Made by a program: the position numbers and the translations under genes
From: an uncultured delta proteobacterium
GTDB lineage: Bacteria > Desulfobacterota > Binatia > Binatales > Binataceae
Assembly (NCBI GenBank): GCA_963793115.1
Contig: CAWBYV010000010.1
Location: 576,755-640,754 of the forward strand
Direction of reading: 5' to 3'
Length of the DNA stretch: 64,000 nt
Part shown: positions 26,768 through 35,989 of the stretch, in pieces
Position numbering within the stretch: position 1 is the first letter of the stretch
How the letters are laid out: each line of letters begins with the position of its first letter
Notes under the pieces: generated by a model
What the model saw: only the letters and a program-made list of their open reading frames with translations
What the model was told of the DNA's origin: nothing
Databases searched by the model: none

Positions 26768-28813
26768 ATGACGCGGCCAATAACGATAGAGTGCAGGCGC
26801 CTCCGGTCCGGCGCGGCGCGACCCCTGTTCCTTGTCGCGATGGTGGTGGTGCTGGCGCCCGTTTGCGTAATGCTGGTTCAGTCAGCCCCGAAGGCAAGCG
26901 GCCCGATAATCGTCAACACGCTCGGCGACGCGAGCACCTCCGGCGACGGCCTTTGCAGCCTCCGCGAAGCGATCAACAACGCGAACAGCCCTGAGACCGA
27001 CACCACGGGCGGTGACTGCGTAGTCGGCACCGGCGCGGACACCGTCAACTTCAGCGTCAGCGGCACGATCACCCTGAGCGACGTTCTTCCTACTATCCGG
27101 CACTCTCTGGCGATTGATGGGAACGGGCAAACCGTCACCGTTGACGGCGCGGGCAGTCACCAAGTGCTGGTGCTAAACTTTAACGCCACAGTCAGCCTGA
27201 ACAATCTGACTATTGCCCACGGCGCCGGCGGAAACGGGGGAGCCATCAACGTCGGCAATGGGGCAACTCTGACCGTCACGAACACCACCTTCTCCGGAAA
27301 CAACGCGGGCGGTTACGGCGGCGCTATCCTTTTTGCCTATGGCTTTCCGCTGGTCGTCAGGAACAGCAGCTTCTCCGGCAACAGCGCGGGCATCGGAGGC
27401 GGAGCCGTCTTTTTTAACGGAAGTGGCTTCCTCGTCAGCAACAGCAGCTTCTCCGGCAACAGCGCGAGCTTCGGCGGAGCGATCGCCAGCGGACAAAGCA
27501 TATTCTATGATGGAAGTGCCTCGCTGACTGTCGTCGGCAGCACCTTCTCCGGCAACAGCGCGGGCAGCGGCGGAGCCATAAGCAACGCAAACACGCTAAC
27601 GATCAGCAAATCCATCCTAGCTAGCAGCTTCGGTGGAAACTGCTTCCCCGAGCCGCCCAGCCCGACTGCCAACGGCGGCGACAATATCTCCGACGATGCG
27701 TCATGCGGGTTTGGCAGCAGCACGGGTGCCAATGGAAAAGCCATAGGAGACAGCGTCAATCCTTTGCTCGACCCCAATGGGTTGCAGAACAACGGCGGAC
27801 CTACTGAGACGATCGCGCTTCAATCAACGAGTCCGGCAATCGATGCCATCCCGGCCGCTCAGTGCCCGAGCGGGAGTACCGACCAAAGGGGCTTTGGCCG
27901 GCCTGCTCCCGGACACAGCGCCTGCGACATTGGCTCGTTCGAGTTCGGCGCCGTTGCTCCAACGCCGACACCGACTCCATCGCCGAGTCCAACGCCGACG
28001 CCGACTCCGACCCCGACACCTACCCGGACGCCGACACCAACTCCGACCCTGACTCCCACTCCGACTCCTTCGCCGACGCCTACGCCTACCCCGACACCTA
28101 CTCCGACTCCTACACCTACTCCTACACCGACCCCGACGCCTACGCCAACCGCCGCGCCGACCTTCGCCGCCGGCGGCAGGCTCTCTTTGTCGGCGAGCGT
28201 GATCGCATTCGGGAACGTCGGCACCGGCACCACCGCGAATCGCACCCTCAAGATCACGAACAGCGGCAAGGGCACTCTTTTGGGCAACGTCGATATCAGC
28301 GGGCTGCCGAATCCTCCTTTCACCGTGACGGCCGGATCCGGCCCGTTCAGCTTGGCCCACACTCATGTGAAGTCGGTGACGATCGTCTTTGCGCCCGGCG
28401 CGCAGGCCAGCCCGACCGTGGATTTCTCCGGCCAGATCGTGGTCACCAGCGGCGACAGCCACCATCCGACGGAGTCCGTCGCGGTAAGCGCTACGGGCGA
28501 AACCGGCACGCTCTCGGTCCGGGCCGCAATCAGCCTGACCGTGCATCACGGCAAGAAGAAGAGCGTGAACCTGGTAATCAGGAACACGGGTCTGGGTGTG
28601 CTGCATGTCAGCGCAGACTTCAGCGGGCTCGGCCCGCTATTCAGCGCGGCACCCACGACGAACCCATTCACGCTGGCCCATAACAAAACCCACACGCTGA
28701 AGGTGAAGTTCGCACCGCCGGCGGCCGGGTCGTTCAATGGCACGATCACGTTCACTGCCGATGACCCCGCTCATCCTTCGGTCACCGTGATGGTGACGGG
28801 CACCGCGACTTAG
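26768..28813 (+). CDS. secreted beta-helix repeat protein with Pro-Thr linker and C-terminal Ig-like (choice-of-anchor-D-like) domains
   Basis: N-terminal signal/anchor, then the [11 protein letters not shown] motif. Repeated (T/S)FSGNxA..GGAI units typical of Pmp-type parallel beta-helix repeats. A linker rich in T and P follows, then [24 protein letters not shown]-type domains. Confidence 0.8.
   Translation: MTRPITIECRRLRSGAARPLFLVAMVVVLAPVCVMLVQSAPKASGPIIVNTLGDASTSGDGLCSLREAINNANSPETDTTGGDCVVGTGADTVNFSVSGTITLSDVLPTIRHSLAIDGNGQTVTVDGAGSHQVLVLNFNATVSLNNLTIAHGAGGNGGAINVGNGATLTVTNTTFSGNNAGGYGGAILFAYGFPLVVRNSSFSGNSAGIGGGAVFFNGSGFLVSNSSFSGNSASFGGAIASGQSIFYDGSASLTVVGSTFSGNSAGSGGAISNANTLTISKSILASSFGGNCFPEPPSPTANGGDNISDDASCGFGSSTGANGKAIGDSVNPLLDPNGLQNNGGPTETIALQSTSPAIDAIPAAQCPSGSTDQRGFGRPAPGHSACDIGSFEFGAVAPTPTPTPSPSPTPTPTPTPTPTRTPTPTPTLTPTPTPSPTPTPTPTPTPTPTPTPTPTPTPTPTAAPTFAAGGRLSLSASVIAFGNVGTGTTANRTLKITNSGKGTLLGNVDISGLPNPPFTVTAGSGPFSLAHTHVKSVTIVFAPGAQASPTVDFSGQIVVTSGDSHHPTESVAVSATGETGTLSVRAAISLTVHHGKKKSVNLVIRNTGLGVLHVSADFSGLGPLFSAAPTTNPFTLAHNKTHTLKVKFAPPAAGSFNGTITFTADDPAHPSVTVMVTGTAT
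27959..28150 (+). repeat. low-complexity (ACN CCN)n tract encoding the Pro-Thr/Ser linker
   Basis: Encodes [60 protein letters not shown]. Confidence 0.9.
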
Positions 28814-29225
28814 CCCACAGGCATCGGGCGGGACGATCGTGCGCCGGCTGCGCTCCGGTTTCGCTTCCGCAGCCTCGGAGGCTTGGAGGCAGGTAGTGCC
28901 TCAGTTTGAAATTGGGGGACGCCCGGACGAGACGAATCGCTCCGCGTAGATTCCTCGCGGAGTTTACCCTGAGAGTTTGTGAGCTTTCGTCGTTGCAAAC
29001 ATCAGCACCCTCACCAGTCGCCCACGGCGCGCGCTCGCGCGCGCCGGGAGCGACGCCCTCTCCCGCAACCAAGCGGGAGAGGCGCTGAAAGAGGCGCGGA
29101 GCGCCCCGAAACACTTCTCCCGCTCTTTCGCGGGAGAAGAGGCGCGGGCCGTTCGGCCCGTGCGGATGAGGGTGCCTGCCTCCAGTAGACACGGCTGAAA
29201 AAATCACAAACTCTGAGCGAAGGCG

Positions 29226-29288
29226 AAGGGCTCGGAATGACGGGGAGGGTGCGGCCCTTTTGTCATCCTGAGCCGCAGGCGAAGGATC
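29226..29288. repeat. GAATGAC / GTCATCCTGAGC..GCGAAGGATC repeat unit pair (REP-like family)
   Basis: ggaatgac-(20 nt)-gtcatcctgagccgcaggcgaaggatc. Same family as 20270-20497, 33615-33709 and 63718-63800. The surrounding intergenic region 28880-29290 also holds CTCTCCC..GGGAGAG hairpins. Confidence 0.7.
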
Positions 29289-29399
29289 AACGCGGAGCGA
29301 TTTTTTCAAACTGATGCACCGCCTGGCGGCGATCACCCTTGACTTGGAAAATGGAAATCCGGGATAAAGCCTCGATGACCATGTGCAACGCGAAATCAC

Positions 29400-29750
29400 A
29401 TGACTTTATCGCAGGCCCAGGAAGGTTCGATGGCGATTGATCCGGCTGACTTTCTGGCGCCGCCCAGACTTCTGAATCGGGACGACAAGCTCGCGACGCT
29501 CTCGATCAAGGTCAACGAGGCTGACCCGCACCTCAAGATCATCGACCAGCAGGTCTGTCTCAAGTGCACGGCGAAGCCTTGCACCGTAACCTGTCCGGTC
29601 GAGAACTACCGGACGGAGGCCGACGGCCGCACGACTATCTACTGGAGCAACTGCATCGAGTGCGGAACCTGCCGGGTGATCTGCCCGTACCAGAACATCT
29701 CGTGGAAGTACCCCGCAGGCGGTTTTGGCGTAAGCTATCGCTACGGATGA
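29400..29750 (+). CDS. fixX: ferredoxin-like protein FixX
   Basis: ..CLKCTAKPCTVTCPVENY.. ..CIECGTCRVICPYQNISWKYPAGGFGVSYRYG. Ends in the FixX-type ..YP.GGFGV.(Y/F)RYG tail. Confidence 0.85.
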   Translation: MTLSQAQEGSMAIDPADFLAPPRLLNRDDKLATLSIKVNEADPHLKIIDQQVCLKCTAKPCTVTCPVENYRTEADGRTTIYWSNCIECGTCRVICPYQNISWKYPAGGFGVSYRYG

Positions 29751-29783
29751 ACGCGCGCGGAATCAGGCTGGAGGAGTTATTCG

Positions 29784-30056
29784 ATGCGAATCAGGTCGCG
29801 GGCAGGCAACTTCAACATGACGATCGAGGACGTGGGCGTCGAAGACGGCAATCTGGTCATGACGGGCAAGATGGGCGTCTGGTCGGCCAAGACCCTGCTG
29901 AGCGTGGACGAGTTGCAGGAAATGCTGAAGACGATGAAGATCAGCGCAACGGTGGTGGATTTTCTGGCGCTGTTCGCTTTTCGCTACGCGGTCAATCTGG
30001 TCGAGCAGGATCGCGCTCGGCGCGAGCAAGGGTCGTTGACCGGCACGCCTCGATGA
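29784..30056 (+). CDS. small hypothetical protein, distant relative of 6844/7204 small proteins
   Basis: GGAGGAG RBS 8 nt before the ATG. MRIRSRAGNFNMTIEDVGVEDGNLVMTGKMGVWSAKTLLSVDELQEML.. follows the pattern MR..S+.G....VEG..+V+.G....W......DE...+ seen in 7204-7548. Confidence 0.5.
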   Translation: MRIRSRAGNFNMTIEDVGVEDGNLVMTGKMGVWSAKTLLSVDELQEMLKTMKISATVVDFLALFAFRYAVNLVEQDRARREQGSLTGTPR

Positions 30057-30105
30057 TGGAAGAACTCACATATGCTGCGACGGGCGCATGCAGGAGGTTA
30101 CGCAA

Positions 30106-31458
30106 ATGAGTGACGAGATCAAAATCTCCGAGCTGGAAGAAGTGGACGAGGCCTGGAACTTCCCCCTTCTCGAAGCGATCTTCAACCGCCGTTCGCGGCG
30201 GTTCGGCTGGGGCATGGAGATCAAGCAGGGCCCCAACAAACACAAATCGCTCCATCCGCCGATGCCGCTGGACGAGATCGAAGAGGCGTTGCTGCTGGGC
30301 GCCGCAACCGGAATCTCGGGCCTGAACCTGGCTGACATGCCGCACACTCCGCGTCCCGAAAGGGCCGACCAGCTCGCCGAATGGGATGGAATGTGCAACA
30401 CGATGGTGGAGCATGTTGGCCGTACCTGGTCGAGCCCCTGCGGAAATCACGGCACGGAACTGTTCTATACCAACGACGACGGCGTCTACATGCTCAAGCT
30501 GCGCGAGGCGCAGCCGGTCAAGTTGCAGGACTTCGCCGCCAAAAGCGATCGCGACAAGCTCATCGATTTCGTGCGGCTCAACCGAGTCAAGCTTTCCGAC
30601 GGCCGGCTCGATCTGCCGCGCAACACCGGCGCGATCATGTCGTTCAACCTGTGGAACGCGAACATGCCGGGTACCACGATGTTCATGCCGGTCACCGATA
30701 TGACCGAAGAGATGATCAACGCGATCATGCTCAACGCCGATCTTGGCGCCTATCTGGCCGACGATCGCGCGGGAATGCGGCCCTGCATAAGCGAAAAGTG
30801 GATCAAGGAAGGATGGGTCGAAACTCCGATGCCGATCAGCATGTTCGAGATTGCGATCATGAATGCGGTGGGCGCGGAGGCGGCCTTTATCGCACACAAC
30901 ATCGTGCTCGCCGAGCAGGCCATGGGCCTGGGCGGCTGGATGTTCGGCGGAGTCACGGGCTTCGTGGCGCTGGGCGGCACGCCGATGGCCAAGGGGTTGG
31001 GATTCCGGTTCGAGTCGAATGCGAAGAACCCGGCCGCCTTTCCGGCGCCGCTTGGAATCGACGGGACCTTCGAGACCTTTCGGCCGCCGTACTACAAGGA
31101 CATGGACGCCGCCGTCGATGCGATCGTGGACAAGAAGTTCGGACCCAACGGCACCTTCAACGCTTTCAGCAAGAAGCCGGCGCCGTACAAGAACCGGGCT
31201 GATTTTCTGCAACAGGTGCCGCGCACTCCCGAGAAGACGATCCAGATCTGCAAGGAAACCTGCCGCTACATCTGGGAGAATTACGGAACCTTTCCGGCCC
31301 TGGTGCATCCGATGGTGCTCTATCTCTACATCCAGGCGCAGCACATCGAGACCGAGTTCTATGACAAGTTCTACCAGCCCGGCGCCTATCTGAAGTCGCA
31401 CAAAGAGCACATGAGCAAGTGGCACAAGAAGTCGGGTGCGATGCGGAAGGTGGCCTGA
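30106..31458 (+). CDS. large nitroreductase-superfamily protein (about 450 aa)
   Basis: AGGAGG sits 8 nt upstream of the ATG at 30106 (the track ORF starts at 30088). LLEAIFNRRSRRFG is a nitroreductase-type N-terminal motif. Also AAFIAHNIVLAEQAMGLGGWMFGG. Confidence 0.7.
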   Translation: MSDEIKISELEEVDEAWNFPLLEAIFNRRSRRFGWGMEIKQGPNKHKSLHPPMPLDEIEEALLLGAATGISGLNLADMPHTPRPERADQLAEWDGMCNTMVEHVGRTWSSPCGNHGTELFYTNDDGVYMLKLREAQPVKLQDFAAKSDRDKLIDFVRLNRVKLSDGRLDLPRNTGAIMSFNLWNANMPGTTMFMPVTDMTEEMINAIMLNADLGAYLADDRAGMRPCISEKWIKEGWVETPMPISMFEIAIMNAVGAEAAFIAHNIVLAEQAMGLGGWMFGGVTGFVALGGTPMAKGLGFRFESNAKNPAAFPAPLGIDGTFETFRPPYYKDMDAAVDAIVDKKFGPNGTFNAFSKKPAPYKNRADFLQQVPRTPEKTIQICKETCRYIWENYGTFPALVHPMVLYLYIQAQHIETEFYDKFYQPGAYLKSHKEHMSKWHKKSGAMRKVA

Positions 31459-31477
31459 GCCAAACGCGCGCGCGTCC

Positions 31478-31704
31478 ATAGCAGGGTGTTGAGAGAAGTG
31501 GCGAGCAACCAAAGTGGATTTCATGGCTCTAAACACGCTGCCTGAAAACCGGCTCTGGCTCCCCTTCCCGTCTTTAGGGAAGGGGCCGGGGGTTAGGTTG
31601 CCCATCCCACGCTTCTCCCCCTGTCCAGGGGGAGATAAGCATGTCCTGAGCGAAGCCGAAGGAAGAGAGGGAGCAGGCTGTTGAGGCTTTCCTCAACGGC
31701 CTGC
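31478..31704. repeat. composite intergenic repeat (TAGCAGGGTGTTGA.. family), copy 1
   Basis: Shares ccatagcagggtgttga, cttctcc(c)c..gggagataag and gagggagcaggctgttga..tcaac.gcctgc blocks with 57246-57400 and 63662-63705. Also contains ggaaggggccgggggttaggt, which recurs at about 7684-7702. Confidence 0.75.
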
Positions 31705-31723
31705 CAAGAGGTATCTGCCCCAA

Positions 31724-32695
31724 ATGCGCATCCTCGAAGAGGGTAAAGGCGAGTATCTGAAAGTCGACCCGGACGGCCACCGGGCCTATGTCCGCGATTC
31801 CAAGCCGCATCAGATGGTTTCAAAGCTGATGAGCGAGAAGGACGCGGTCGAGCGCTTCGTCCGCGACGGTGACTATCTGGCCTACGACTGCAACTACTTC
31901 CAGCGCGGGCCATCGTCGCTGATTCGCGAGATCATGCGGCAGCGCAGGAAGCGACTCTGGGTCTGCGGCAAGTTTACCTACGTGGCCTGCGCGTTGATGG
32001 TCGAAGCCGGATGCGCTAACCGTATAGATCTCGCGTTCATCGGCTTCGGCCCCTGGATCGCGCGCGCAGTCAAGGAAAAGAAATGCGCGATCTACGAGTA
32101 CTCCAACGCGATCCTGACGCTCAGGCTGAAGGCTGGGGCGATGGGCTTGCCGTTCCTGCCGGCGCGCAGCTTCGGCGGCACCAGCGGCTTTGCATACTCG
32201 GGATGCAAGCTGGTCGAAGACCCTTACACGGGCCGTCCGGTAATGCTCGTGCCGGCGCTCAATCCCGACGCCGCGATAATCCACGTGCATCAGGCGGATG
32301 AGTTCGGCAACGCGCGCGTCTTCGGCACCGGCATCGCGCATCAGGAGTGCGCGCTCGCTTCGCGCCGCGTGATCGTCTCCGCCGAGGAAATCGTTTCGAC
32401 CGACGAGATCCGGCGCGATCCGGCCCGCACCTCGATTCCGCACTTCGCCGTTGACGCCGTCGTTCACGCTCCCTTCGGCGCCTATCCGGGAACCGTCCAG
32501 GGCTATTATGCCTCCGACCCGGCTGGCGTAATCGAAGCGATGGGCGCGATGTTCCGCGGCGATTTCCGCGAGTACCTCAACAAGCATGTCTATTCGGTCG
32601 CGTCGCACGACGAGTACCTCGAAAAAGTGGTCGGGACGAAAAAGCTCGCCGAGCTCCGCCGCCGCGAAACGATCCGGGAGGGTTACGGCCCATGA
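31724..32695 (+). CDS. CoA-transferase subunit A (glutaconate CoA-transferase-like)
   Basis: ..KLMSEKDAVERFVRDGDYLAYD.. ..ILTLRLKAGAMGLPFLPARSFGGTS.. is the family III/GctA-like layout. Its stop overlaps the subunit B start. Confidence 0.8.
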   Translation: MRILEEGKGEYLKVDPDGHRAYVRDSKPHQMVSKLMSEKDAVERFVRDGDYLAYDCNYFQRGPSSLIREIMRQRRKRLWVCGKFTYVACALMVEAGCANRIDLAFIGFGPWIARAVKEKKCAIYEYSNAILTLRLKAGAMGLPFLPARSFGGTSGFAYSGCKLVEDPYTGRPVMLVPALNPDAAIIHVHQADEFGNARVFGTGIAHQECALASRRVIVSAEEIVSTDEIRRDPARTSIPHFAVDAVVHAPFGAYPGTVQGYYASDPAGVIEAMGAMFRGDFREYLNKHVYSVASHDEYLEKVVGTKKLAELRRRETIREGYGP

Positions 32696-33528
32696 GCACA
32701 CCGGCCGCGAATTTCAACGAGCGCGAATTCGTCATCTGCCAGATCGCGCGCCTGGTCGAGGACAAGTATGTCTACTGGGTCGGCGGCGGCGGCGAGCCGC
32801 TGAGCGCGGCGTTGCTGGCCAAGCGCACGACTGCGCCCAATCTGCAGTATGTAACCGAAGATGGAGTCGTCGGCCCCGAGGCAATCGTGCCTTTCGACCC
32901 GTTGATGAATATGATCAGCTCGCGCGCCAACTATCGCGCGCTCCAGTGGGGGACGATGAACTACGCGGCCGACCTGGCGCATCTTGGCTACGTGGACTGC
33001 GGGATCCTCAATACGCTCCAGGTCGACCGCTACGGAAACATCAACTCGACGGTGGTCGGCAAATATGAAGGCGGAGAAGGGCGGCGCTTTGGCGGGCCGG
33101 GCGGCGCCGACAGCATCGCCGCGCTCGCTTGGCGCACGATTCTCGTTACCGATCAGCAGAAGCGCAAGTTTGTCGAGAAGGTGGACTTCATTTCTTCGCC
33201 CGGTTTCCTTGACGGACCGGGCGCCCGCGAAAAACACGGCCTCCCTCCGAACACCGGCCCCTGGAGGGTCTACACGCCGTGGGCGATGTACGGCTACGCC
33301 GAGAATTGCCAACTGATGCTGCAGGCGATCGCGCCGTACGTCACGGTCGAGCAGGTGCTCGCCGAGATGAGCTTCAAGCCCGCGATGGCGCCGAAGATTT
33401 CCGTCCTCGACGTTCCCACCGAGGAGGAGCTGCTGATCCTGCGCACGCAGATCGACGTGGCCGGACAAGTCACCGACCGCGGGCGATGGATCGAACTAAA
33501 GGACGGCAAGTACCGCTTCGCTGAGTGA
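32692..33528 (+). CDS. CoA-transferase subunit B
   Basis: ..FVICQIARLVEDKYVYWVGGGGEPLSAALLAKRT.. ..NSTVVGKYEGGEGRRFGGPGGA.. 4-nt overlap with subunit A. Confidence 0.8.
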   Translation: MSTPAANFNEREFVICQIARLVEDKYVYWVGGGGEPLSAALLAKRTTAPNLQYVTEDGVVGPEAIVPFDPLMNMISSRANYRALQWGTMNYAADLAHLGYVDCGILNTLQVDRYGNINSTVVGKYEGGEGRRFGGPGGADSIAALAWRTILVTDQQKRKFVEKVDFISSPGFLDGPGAREKHGLPPNTGPWRVYTPWAMYGYAENCQLMLQAIAPYVTVEQVLAEMSFKPAMAPKISVLDVPTEEELLILRTQIDVAGQVTDRGRWIELKDGKYRFAE

Positions 33529-33614
33529 CAGCGCGCTCGGGAATGCAGGTCAGGGGAGGGTAAGAAAAGGGGAGTAGGTCGCTTTGGTTTGGGCGCAAAA
33601 GGGCCTTTACGATC

Positions 33615-33709
33615 GTCATTCCCGCGCGCGTGGTTGCCGCGCGCGAGGAATCCCGGATTCGGAGATCGGGATTCTTCGCGCGCCAGGCAGACAGACGCGC
33701 GAGAATGAC
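33615..33709. repeat. inverted pair of GTCATTC-CGCGCG..-GAAGAATCCCGGAT units (REP-like), between convergent operons
   Basis: 33615-33658 and 33665-33709 are imperfect reverse complements and belong to the 20270-20497 family. The position suggests a bidirectional terminator-like hairpin. Confidence 0.75.
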
Positions 33710-33937
33710 ATCAGCGAGGCTTCGGACACACAACCGTGTGTTGTGCTAAATCGGCACCCTCGCGGCCCCGGTGAGCGAACGGCCTGTTCAGTCTGCGGCA
33801 GCAGAGCACGGACTGGAACATAGGGCAGCAGCCAGCCCTCACCGCTCGCACCGCCCGCCGCCTCTCCCTGGCTAGGGAGAGGCCGGACCGTCTTCGGGCC
33901 GGGTGAGGTTTCCGGCCGTCGGCGGCGCCCTTCGCGG

Positions 33938-35192
33938 TTACACGCCGAGGATGTGGATCGACAGGGCGGCCGCCTCGTTGCGGACCATGCCGCCGCCGTT
34001 CTCGGTGAGCCCGATCTTCGGATTGGAGACTTGGCGCTTTCCGGCCTCGCCGCGCAATTGCCAGAAGATTTCGCAGATCTGCGCCACTCCCGTCGCTCCG
34101 ACCGGATGGCCCTTTGCGAGCAGGCCGCCGGAGGTGTTCACCGGTATGCGTCCGTTGATCTCGGTGATCCCCTCGTCGATCAGCCTGCCGCCCTCGCCCG
34201 GCTTGCACAACCCTAACTCTTCGTAGGTCATCAGCTCGGCGGGCGCAGAGGCGTCGTGCAGTTCGATAACGTTTAGGTTTTCGGGACCGACGCCGGCCCG
34301 TTCGTAAGCTTGTTTGGCCGCGCGCGTCACGACGCCAGGCTCGTCGGCATTGTGATCGCTTCCCGAGGCCAGCACGGAGGCCATCACTCTAACCGGCTTG
34401 GCGCCGAAACGGGGCGCGATCGAGGACGCGCATAGAATCGTCGCCGCCGCGCCGTCGCCGATCGGCGAGCACATCAGCCGGGTAAGCGGCTCGGCGACCA
34501 CCGGAGAACTCAGAATGTCCTCCAGCGTGTACACCTCCTGGTATTGCGCATGCGGGTTGAGACTGCCGTTGCGATGGTTCTTGACCGCGATCCGCCCGAA
34601 CTGTTCCTTGGTCGTGCCGTATCGGTTCATGTGGGCGCGCGCCCCGGCGGCGTACAAGTCCATGAACATCGAGCGCGACTCGCCCGCGCCGCCAGCAGCT
34701 GGCTTGGGTTGCTCACCCCTTGCCGCTCGCTCGGCGCGCAGCCTCTCCTGCTGCGCGTTCATCTGGGCGACGATCTGTTGCATCAACTCCACGTCCACGG
34801 CCGAGCCGATCGCGGCGAAAGATTTCCTTTTGTCGGCGTGGTACAGCTTCTCCATCCCGAGCGCGAGCACCACGTCGTACATTCCCGATGCGACGTAGAG
34901 CCATGCGATGTGAAACGCGGTCGCGGAGCTGGCGCACGCATTCTCACAGTTGATGATCGGGATGCCGCCGAAGCCCATGTCGCGCAGGACGACCTGGCCG
35001 CGTATACACTCCTGCCCGGTGATCAGGCCGGCCATTGCGTTGCCGACCACCGCCGCTTGAATACCAGGCAGGCTCGACTCGCGCGTTGCCCATCGCGTTT
35101 TGCACCGCGTCACGGGCCAGGACCTTCATGCTCGTGTCGATGTATTTGCCGAACTTGACCATTCCGGCGCCGATTATCGATACCTCTCGCAT
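33938..35192 (-). CDS. thiolase-like protein (SCP-x/acetyl-CoA acetyltransferase family), frame-disrupted
   Basis: AAGGAG RBS, then MREVSIIGAGMVKFGKY.. (ORF 34944-35192). It continues in ORF 33938-35113 (..LPGIQAAVVGNAMAGLITGQE..NCENACASSATAFH..). The shift is near 35080. Paralog of 40566-41783. Confidence 0.8.
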
Positions 35193-35340
35193 CGTGGGTT
35201 CTCCTTGGTGGGATGGCGGCAGGCCCCGTCAATGCAACCATACCCCGCTCTTGTCCTGACAGGCAAGTTCGCCGCCGCAAGCCGGCATTAGTTCATTAGC
35301 TCAGTAGGAGCGACGCTGGTCCGCTCCCGAAATCCCGGTC

Positions 35341-35817
35341 TCAGCCGTGGCGCTGGTAGGTGCCCATGAGCGTGGCCTGCGCGAGGATATGGCCCTCCAT
35401 CGCCTTCTCGAGCTTCGCTTTGGTCGGCCGCCCGAGGTCCGGCACCGCACCGCCCAGAGCGTACAGTTTGAAGAAATAGCGATGGCGTCCGATCGGCGGG
35501 CATGGGCCGCCGTATCCGGTGCGCTTCCAGTCGTTAAGCCCCTCGCATGTGCCCGGCGGCAGAGAGTGGGGTTTCACCGCTCCGGGAAGGCCGGTCGCGG
35601 TGGCCGGGATGTTGTAAAGGACCCAGTGAACCCAGGTCATGCGCGGTGCCGCCGGATCGGGCGCGTCCGGGTCGTCCATGATGAGCGCCAGGCTTTGCGC
35701 CGCCCTTGGCACGCCCGACCATTCGAGCGCAGGCGAGGCGTCGGTCTCGTCGCATGTGTAAAGCTTCGGGATTTCGCCGCCGTCAGCAAAAGCCGGGGAT
35801 GTTAGCTTCAATGCCAT
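35341..35817 (-). CDS. YbhB/YbcL (PEBP) family protein
   Basis: MALKLTSPAFADGGEIP.., IMDDPDAPDP, GGPCPPIGRHRYFFKLYAL. Confidence 0.85.
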   Translation of the reverse strand: MALKLTSPAFADGGEIPKLYTCDETDASPALEWSGVPRAAQSLALIMDDPDAPDPAAPRMTWVHWVLYNIPATATGLPGAVKPHSLPPGTCEGLNDWKRTGYGGPCPPIGRHRYFFKLYALGGAVPDLGRPTKAKLEKAMEGHILAQATLMGTYQRHG

Positions 35818-35989
35818 AAGCTTGTATGCCCTCCCTGCGGCCGCAACCATGGCCGCATCATTTGCACGAATTACTGTTGCGCCAGTACTAAGCAAAATTG
35901 AAAAGCAGCTACTCCCATCAGCATCTTCGCGCAAAACCTCCCTTCTTTAGGCGCAGTTGGCTAGCACCGAGGGATTTTCTATCCGCCGC

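Noticed and set aside
27959-28150. Possible CRISPR-like or other non-coding periodic array, considered for both the PT tract and the NHL repeats.
   Set aside because: Both are in frame inside long ORFs and encode sensible protein repeats (a Pro-Thr linker and NHL blades). There is no repeat-spacer structure, and no cas genes are present.
28880-29225. Apparent long-range inverted repeats (ggaggcagg..cctgcctcc and ctgagagtttgtga..tcacaaactctgag) as MITE termini.
   Set aside because: The two pairs occur in the same order on both sides, not mirrored, so they cannot form a simple terminal-inverted-repeat element. I describe the region only as repeat-rich.
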